Positions 38,001 to 45,900 of a stretch of 64,000 nt of DNA are shown in pieces. The notes under the pieces are model-generated. The model worked only from the letters and a program-made list of their open reading frames with translations. It had not been told where the DNA came from and did not search any database. Origin of the DNA: a virus; IMG/VR virus record IMGVR_UViG_3300031992_000005, positions 289,026 through 353,025 of that record. One strand, given 5' to 3'. Each line of letters opens with the position of its first letter. Positions within the stretch are counted from its first letter, which is position 1. The position numbers and the translations under genes were made by a program.

Positions 38001-39970
38001 AGGAATTTAACGTGACTGTAAACAATGCTATATATGCCAGAATAACTGGAAGATTTCCTGCTGACAATAGTTTCTATACCGCACATAAGGTTATCATTGA
38101 TATTACAGAAAATCCAGTTAGTACCAACCCAGAGGAGTATACCTATATAGTAGGTAGAGCAGATAAGAACGGTAACCCTGATCCAGAACATACTTCTAGA
38201 GAACAAACCTTTACTTTATACCCAACTAGTTATACAACCAAGATCTATCAGATTACTGACCAACAGGGATTTCACTGGATAGAGTATCAAGTCTGGGCAG
38301 CAGCTGCAGATAAGCTCAATGAAGTAATAGCAAGCGAAGTAGCAAGTTCCAATATAATACCTATTCTTGTTAATACTGGTGATATGACTCAGAATGGTAC
38401 TCGTATTAACGAATGGTTCGATTATTATCAGGCTGGTAGAAATCTATTCGATCACCTAGAACAAATGAACTGTGTGGGTAATAATGACTTATGTAACACT
38501 GATATAAATGCGCTAGGTACTGGAGATGATGAAGGTAAATCTAACTCCTACTATTTTCATGTATTCTATTGCTATGAAGTAGATGTTACTAATAATATTC
38601 CCGTTCCACTATGTTCAGGTAGGAATGATGAATTCGATCCTAAATATATACCATCCCTATATTACTTTGATTCAACTACTGATAGATTTTTAGTTATAAA
38701 TAGTGAACTTACATCAGCCACTTCAAAGAACTGGTTTAAATTGATTCCTGACAATAATAGTAATACTAAATACATCAATATTTATACAGGTTGGGAATTT
38801 GATACTAGTAATCCAGTAGTTCAGCATTACTATGGAGATGATTTTGTCCCTGTGTATAAAATAGTCTGGAATATATTAAATGATGCAAGAACTAAAGGAA
38901 AAAAGACTATAGCAATCTGTCATGAAATGCCATTTACAGTTATTACCCATGCATCACTTGCCACAGGATCTGGTAATGAATTAGTAGATAGATCAATTAG
39001 CTCTTCTAAACTTGTAGGCAGTCACTTAAACCAGATACATGCAAAAGAGTTAAGTAGCTCAGAGGGTAATGGTTATACAATGAAGGGTACTTACTGGTTC
39101 AGTAGACTATTAGAATACTTTGACGTTAAATTAGTTATAGGTGGTCATAAGCATACATATGCATGTACTTATCCTATTAGAGAAAACTATAATTACCTAG
39201 TAGATGGTAATATGGTAAATAGTTTAACCAATAAGATGGTAATGACGGAAGATACTCTAAAAGAGGATCCAATGATCGTATTCGATGGCCAAACATCATC
39301 AAGTATAAAAAGAAATTTAACTAGATTCCCATATATAAAGAAAGATGATTTCGTAAGTCCTACGAATGATTCTAATCACTTCTTCCCTTCTACTAATCTA
39401 TACTCAGTAGGCGGAGGAGTAGCTTATGTAGAGGACCTTAACGTAAATTCAAATAATTTTGTTGGAGGAAATTTCTATAAGATAGTTCAGGGTCAATTCG
39501 TTGCAGCAGACACCTTTACGCAGGGTACAACTTATTACAAAAAGTTGACTGATTTTGATACTTTTGATGGTATTGTATATTTCATGTGTCAAGCTACTGG
39601 ATATAAACTAAAGTCTAATAAAGAATTGCCATCAATTTTCCAAACCTTCTCAAAAATAATTCCAAAGACAGATAATGCAGCTGGAGGAGATTCACCTAAT
39701 AATAATCAATTACGTCCAATGTTTGCTAAGATAACGGTACAAAATGGTTCTTACAGTATAACCCTTTGTAGACTAGAAAACATTATGACTGAAAGAGAAG
39801 ATCAAGGTTATAAATTTACTCAGACTGCATATGGAAAATCAGCTATCAAAATTAGTAATCTAGTAGTTAATTCTACAAATAATTATGGAGATTGGATAGA
39901 CGAAGACAATACTGATTATTCTACTCCAGAAAGTAGAGTTCTATTTAATAATAGTTATTTTACTGATTAA
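35024..39970 (+). CDS. Giant (1648 aa) fibre-like protein with lamin-tail-like and metallophosphoesterase-like domains
   Basis: Has an N-terminal module plus a short coiled coil (ALRALQSEVAKLKNSF), a Gly/Ser/acidic linker (PGGGGSSEDGGSSEDEDTG) and the two domains listed separately. Confidence 0.6.
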   Translation: MAEDTKLQGTNIASRIVPFDSQDTFPTHEAFYGRGGYRTVEDIASRDAIPEQRLEEGMLVYCKNDPTGVHTYRYMGMKEGTNTRIWKELKLEGTGVPIYTNANVEEMREAGVNVDEMDYITIPDDDDIEGEVTNKTYETTQNGTYVDILFKALRALQSEVAKLKNSFLYGIESYSGTDTAMAAISEELEEAIAEEPLWAVEEDGLSSVYDLFEAAPEAIPAEFEARESSTVVATEDHTGGRYYVTIDSPINIPVTWNAIERSEIGKITDSKLFLYLTTTGENNAGLKYVVHIQEDRLDGTSREIDFDLRPLITSGSITSSSKVYNTLIVISRKQKVATSAKTDEEGNILPPTTEYYGSNFIWISVSDPVTNSTIKEGYWKDNTIYDDLTQVDEDTVFYDGILSLRSVDFYSTVISKFHLYSKYQDFTKGVIPSKPSDDTWKFKAAHITIRSVDTFETLKELKDKLLNNELILVESSYTLYIKIDNKLVAIGSQSSPGGGGSSEDGGSSEDEDTGMTKTEIIQWLSENGIVVTENGGDLVLNDVADITFKHEGTGKTFKFTVNENGELESQEIPDKTISEDLKDYTLKGDMNLRGFIAQYRLRSNVNQTGNAKLKSDRLKIGSFYAPLSGDVVHGCTHSFIELENTSDIDIPLKGIYLHVTKPAINSSGDVVQNIYSLELTGIIPSGGTYLIRGARHAEDDDANAFIKVKTYDQEWYVDSPTDSDKKELLSLEILEDINYGASGNPYGHGICLTYGNSGFTGGDGDKVGPRTQLVRGTIANEKFDSVTIIESGALKNKEDYPYCYHKNFIDGICYYFAVKSGNSPYWATNAIGKNDDKRTMSNVMYRNMFELDPANQAYQALNSKDSSRRRWDKNGTDVQLLDLSKEYISFPKTEDIYPLSKFTPKASWEHRNVCTDKSKLDPNKPNMVTCSFGINIYTTRCFNWISLGYFDEYIWIKKTKVGNNSVNESWKRFESYKEISEETANASTYPRRKEFNVTVNNAIYARITGRFPADNSFYTAHKVIIDITENPVSTNPEEYTYIVGRADKNGNPDPEHTSREQTFTLYPTSYTTKIYQITDQQGFHWIEYQVWAAAADKLNEVIASEVASSNIIPILVNTGDMTQNGTRINEWFDYYQAGRNLFDHLEQMNCVGNNDLCNTDINALGTGDDEGKSNSYYFHVFYCYEVDVTNNIPVPLCSGRNDEFDPKYIPSLYYFDSTTDRFLVINSELTSATSKNWFKLIPDNNSNTKYINIYTGWEFDTSNPVVQHYYGDDFVPVYKIVWNILNDARTKGKKTIAICHEMPFTVITHASLATGSGNELVDRSISSSKLVGSHLNQIHAKELSSSEGNGYTMKGTYWFSRLLEYFDVKLVIGGHKHTYACTYPIRENYNYLVDGNMVNSLTNKMVMTEDTLKEDPMIVFDGQTSSSIKRNLTRFPYIKKDDFVSPTNDSNHFFPSTNLYSVGGGVAYVEDLNVNSNNFVGGNFYKIVQGQFVAADTFTQGTTYYKKLTDFDTFDGIVYFMCQATGYKLKSNKELPSIFQTFSKIIPKTDNAAGGDSPNNNQLRPMFAKITVQNGSYSITLCRLENIMTEREDQGYKFTQTAYGKSAIKISNLVVNSTNNYGDWIDEDNTDYSTPESRVLFNNSYFTD
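36856..37115 (+). other. Lamin-tail-domain (LTD)-like segment (approximate bounds)
   Basis: LKIGSFYAP...HSFIELENTSDIDIPLKGIYLHV...YSLELTGIIPSGGTYLIRGA fits the LTD pattern (xFVELxNxxxxxVDLxGWxL ... IxPGGYxVI). Confidence 0.45.
38236..39180 (+). other. Calcineurin-like metallophosphoesterase domain with GNND in place of GNH(D/E) (approximate bounds)
   Basis: Ordered motifs: ITDQQG, NTGDMTQNG (GDxxxxG), VGNNDL (the GNHD/E position with His replaced by Asn), ICHEMPF, IGGHKHTY (GHxH). Confidence 0.6.
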
Positions 39971-39975
39971 ATTTT

Positions 39976-42900
39976 ATGAAAAGACCTAATAAAAATAGTG
40001 CCACAAATGGTAATATCGTTTTCGACGACGATATTACCATGACTGGTACGAATAAAGCGTTTGGGAAAGATCTCCATAGCGCGATGGAGAACCTTTGGTC
40101 AAGAACAGCTAAATTAGAAAATTACCTAAAATGGATCTATAAATACGGCGGCGTAGGTGGAACCGGCGGTGGAGGAGAGACTGCTACATCATATACAGTC
40201 TATGCAGAACTTAATCATAGGAAAGTTGTAGAAGATCCTACTGCATTTATCAACCTAGGTTCATCAGGTACTTTTCCACTTTTAATAAAAATTTCAAAAC
40301 CAGGTGGAGCATCTTATAAAGTAAACTGTACTTTTACAGATAATACTGGATCTATTATAAACACTATTAATGAAACATTAAACCTGGATAATAGTTATAC
40401 GTTAGAAAGAGTTGTAAATATTTCTAAAAATGGTGTACTAAATATAAAAGTTACTGATAGTATCTATAATGAAACTACACCACTCTCCACTAGATATATT
40501 ACTGACCCATACAGATTTACGGGAGATTTAATAAATAATAGTGGTCGTGCATACTCAAATGAAATTTTTACGTCAGATATATTATCCAATGGACTATATC
40601 TAAGACTAAATTACCAGATATCAGTAGCGACTGAAGTATCCTATAAATTAAAAGTAACAACTCCTAAGTTAACTTTTAATAGCGAAGGCTTCACTGCGAT
40701 GGAAGACTTAATAGTATCCAATACAGAGGAGGGTGATTATATAATTGATATTATACAGTTTCTGAGAAAATTTGATTACGGCCTTACCGAGTCTAACTCA
40801 GGTAATTATAGTATTTCTGTCGAACTTCAAACAAAGATAGTTGGAGATCTAGAAACAAATTCTTATACTCCACTAAAGACGCCAATCTCTTTTACTATCG
40901 TTCCAAAAACACTATACCTACTAGTACAGTCTACTTCAGGTACACTATATCAAGTAGAACAAGAACCTGACTCAGTATCTACTGACGATCTATTCTCACC
41001 TGGTAGTATAACTTTTAAAGTTAAACCTTATTTTGAAAACGTTATAGGAAAAAGCTGTACTATCGACTATAAATTAGGAGATGAATTCGAATGGCAAACT
41101 ATTTCAACTAACCTAAGAGATACCCAACAAATAACTATATATTCTACCAGACCTGGAGAGAATAGTATATCATTTGTTCTGAAATACGATAATAAAAAAT
41201 ATCCTACCCAAGAGCAATCCAATGTTGGTGAAGGTACCTACTATTTTTATATAAAAAATTCTACCTTTGACGGAGGCTGGTGGCATCAATTTGAGAAAAA
41301 TACAGATAGACCTTTCTACGATGACCTAAACCATTACTTCAAAGTAACAGAGTGGTCACCAGAATTTAACCCGTTTAATGCTACGTTCGGTAGAAATCCA
41401 ATAAAACAAACAGTAAATAAATCTCCTGTAACTTTAACGAATTTAACCTGTCCTACTGGATCTGACGGTTTTAATACGATAGTTAATATTGGTATTGAGT
41501 ATAATACTATAAATGAAGATGGTGCACCAATACTAAAAATAACTGCATATGACGATACTGAATTAACACTTTATCAAAACAGAATTACCCTTGGGGCAAA
41601 TTCCATTGAAGACGATAGATTATTCATTCCAAAAACAGACTACAGCTCTTTTACTGGATTAAATAATACAGAGGACTATCACTTAATTTCTATTGTAAGT
41701 AGGCAAGTAAAGAAGTTAGGAAATACTGATAATCGTGGTAGAGAAGTAATTATTTACATAGATGGAGTCATTGAGGCTTGTTTTAAAACATTCCTTTATA
41801 GTCCAGGAACCCCATCAAATAACTTAACCGTAAAGGATATAAGTCTATATAGCGTCAACGCAAATTTCAACTTATTTGATATAGCATACTTCAGTCCAAT
41901 CGAGTCTAAGGTAAGTACGGAATATTATATTCCAGAAGATGTTACAATTTATCAATATTACTTGAAATATAAGGAAACACTCTTAAGCAAAACACTTACT
42001 GAAGAGGAAATTAACTTGCTGACTTACTACGACAATATTGATTTTAATCCAGAAAACGGAGACATTTTCTGTTCTGAGGATGCTATGAATAATATAGCGA
42101 GAAACCTCAATGTCCCTGTAATGGCTATTCTAGTAGATGATAATAAAAACGGTAATTATAAAGATTTATTAGGTGGCTATTATCTAGAGTCGAGTACAGA
42201 AGAACTTGAAACAAAAGCTACTTTAAAGTGGAGTGGATTAAAGGGAAAAACTTCGTTAACTGATATAAGCTTTCCAAATAGAACCATAAGTAACACAGGT
42301 AGTTATATAGACTGGACAAGTAATATCCATTTTTATGTAAAAATACAGGGTTCATCTACAAAGGGATATCATATTAAGAATTACACGCTTACCTTAAAAG
42401 ATGATGAAAACCTATATATTCCGTTGTTTTCACCAAACTTTAAAAATAACGACACAACTACATTTCTCCCTGAACACTCATTTACTCTAAAAGCCGACGT
42501 AGTAGATTCCAGTCACTCTAATAATACTTCTATTGGAAATTTTGTTAATGACATCACTACTAAATTCAAAACAAGCCCTACTTCAGTGGATGATGCCTTC
42601 TCTGGATACATAAAAAACTGTTTGACAGGTTTTCCTTTTCTAATTTTCATGAAATTCATCGACCCAAACAAGTCGCCTGATGCTCAAGATGAAAATTACT
42701 ACTATCATGGAGTATATAATTTTAACTTAGGTAGAGAATCCGAGTATAACCTGGGCTATAAAGATTACAATGTCTTCTGTGATAGTAACGGAAAAAGTAT
42801 ACTAGAAGATGCACCAGATTCTGGTGGATTTTCATTTCACATGGTCACTAAGTCCAGTAGTGTTGTAAAAAATGGAGTAATTACTGCAGAAATTCAAGGA

Positions 42901-45900
42901 AACAGCTCATTTCTAGACTTTTCACAATTTGATGAATCATTATTGTTCCAGAATGACAGTGTCTCTGACGAAAACGTAACTACCATGTTCGGTAAAATTA
43001 CAGATGAAAATCCGGACGTATCCTATATCAGAGGAGAAAACCTACAAAATCAAGATGCAAGAAATATCTTACAAAGATTTGTAGAAAAAGTAACCTATGC
43101 GGGTGGTTATGTCTTCACTCAGCTAAAGAAAACCTTTAGTGACGATGGGAGTGCAGGAGTCTTATATGGTTACGGATCTAAGCCCCCACAAGGTTATAAA
43201 GCAGTTGGTAAGATAAAAGTTTGGAATGAAGATTTAGGTGAAATAGAAGAAAAAACCCTTCCATTAAACCAAGTCCCTAACTATCGACACCAATTTATTA
43301 GAACAGTCAGTGGAATTACGCCAAAAGCTGGTTTAACCAGACCAGGTACACTAAATGACCTCATGGATTTGGTTAGAAAAGACGAAAATGATCCTGATGC
43401 TGGAATTCCTTTACTAGACTTTGACAGCGTAAGTGAATATTATACTATCTGTATGGCATTTGGTTTGATAGACTCTGTCCAAAAGAATCTTACATTAAAA
43501 ACATGGACCGCAGATAAGGAGAGCGGACTTGGTACTTTTTATGTAGCATTCTACGACATGGATACTTGCTTAGGAATTGATAATGCTGGAAAGAAAGTGA
43601 ACTACACTGCATTCTCTGATTATTGGACAAAGAATGAATCAGAATCAGATGGAACAAGTACTAGTGAAACAACCTCAAGTGGAACCGTAAGTTATAAAAC
43701 AATTACACCAATTTCAGCTACAGTCTACAGAGACTATTCCCCTTCTGGAGGAGAATACTTCGACGTTGCTAGTTCCTACCTATTTGCGATACCTAAATAC
43801 GCAACTTATATTGCAGGAAAACTTAATCTTAATGCAAGCGATAGTGCGTTTACAGAAAAAATTACAAACTGGCCAAGGCAACTCTGGGAAAAGTGGAGAT
43901 CGAGAAGAAATCCGTCGGATCATAAAATAGGTTGTCTAGAATCCGCTGACTATTTTATAAAGACTTATTTCTCTAATAACTTAGGATCAGTTGGCATTCC
44001 ATTGATTAATGCAAATTACAGAGCAAAATATTTAGTTCAATTGTACTATTCAGGTGATACTACAAATTCTAAAGATGAACTTGGTAAGTTTAATGGAACA
44101 CGCATCGCTAGAGTAAAAGAGTGGTTAAATAATCGTCTTCACCTCCTAGATGCATATTTTAACATAGCAAGAGGTGTAAATAATCCTATAATGTTCTATA
44201 GAGAATGTAATGAGGAAATAGATGGAGAAATGCAGACATTCTATAAGTATACTTCTACGGAAGAAGATACTAGCGCAGACCATTATATGTCAGAACCTAC
44301 TATTTCAGAATACACGTCCGCTACTAACCCAGATGTTTATATAAACTCGGATATTTTTGATAAGCTTTCTCTACAATCAAGTATACCTTTTGTCGTTACT
44401 GTACGTGCTAAAGAAAACTCACCTCTTATTATAACATGTGCAAACTGGACGAAGAGATATCTTATTGGTGGTAATAATTATTATCAAATCCCAGTCCCTG
44501 TATCAGGAACCCAGGCATATAGATTATTAGGTTCAAAAAACTGGACCTATATGGACAGTATTAATGGATTTCACTTAGATGGTACATTTTATATAAACAC
44601 TCAATATATAGATCAACTTGTGGGAGATGATAATTCATCAGAGGCGAAAGAACTGACCTTTGATAATAGCGCTACCGATAATATCCTTATGCCTTCATTG
44701 AAGACAATCAGTTTAACTAGTCCTAAATATAAAGGTACACTTAAATTAGTTGGTACAAACTATACTAACTTAGGTACAATTGATTTAAGTAATTCTAGAA
44801 TAGGTTTAAACATGCAAAACACTACTTGTACGGAACTTAATCTATCTAACGTAAATGGGTCAAATAATCAGTATAATATAGTGGATTGTCTAAATCTTTC
44901 AAAAATTACAATCGTGAGTGCCTATATGTCCTCGCTAATAATAAAGCCTATCCATCCAGATATTATTACTAAAAACTGTGAAACAAGCTTTGGTAAGGTA
45001 ACTAGTAGTAATGTAATTAACCTAGCAAATATTACACCTACTACTTCCAATAATCAAAACACTCCTTTTGGAAAAACAGGCTCTGGATTTTATCTAAAAA
45101 ATACTCATATTCGTGAAATAAATATATCGAATACTAAAATTAATGAAGATAGATCCAGAATAGAGATTGATGGAGACGACACCTTGTATAGCATAACGAT
45201 TGCAGGATTTTCGGTGGTTGTGATAAAGAATTGTCAGAATCTTAATAAGATAAACATATCCGACCCTGAAGCAGGTATTGGTGGCGATAAGCTGAGAAGA
45301 CTATGTATTCAAAATTGTGGTAATGCTGGTACAGACTTAACTATAAATTCTACAGAAAGAGGACATCTGAATTTAACGGATTTCTCTGACCTAAACTTTG
45401 TGAATTTTAGAGAATGTACCAACATAACTAGCATTGAGTTTAGCAATACAGGGGTTTATCTGGACTATGACGCTTTCTATTCCGACAGTAATCTAAGTAC
45501 CATTGATGGAAAAGCCTATATAATAGGTACTACTACCACTGGAACAAGGATCAGACCTACCTTCTATCTTTGTAAAAACTTTAAACTAACGAAAAGTAAT
45601 GGAACTACTTGCTGTGATTTATTTGTCATAGAACAAGCAGTATCTCTTAATAGTACATTCTCTATTGGAAATAGTATTTCAAAAGAAGGCGAAGGAAAAA
45701 TAACACGAACTTTGGCTAAAACATTTATAGAAAGAATCCCAACAAATAACAACATTACCGATATAACCAACATGTTTTGTGGAAATAGAATTGAGTATAA
45801 TGAAACACTATTAGTTAGTGACATAAAATCTACGAAAAACTACATAGACATGTCGGTTTTTAAGAAAGTAACAAACGTAAGTGGGGCTTTTAACTATAAT

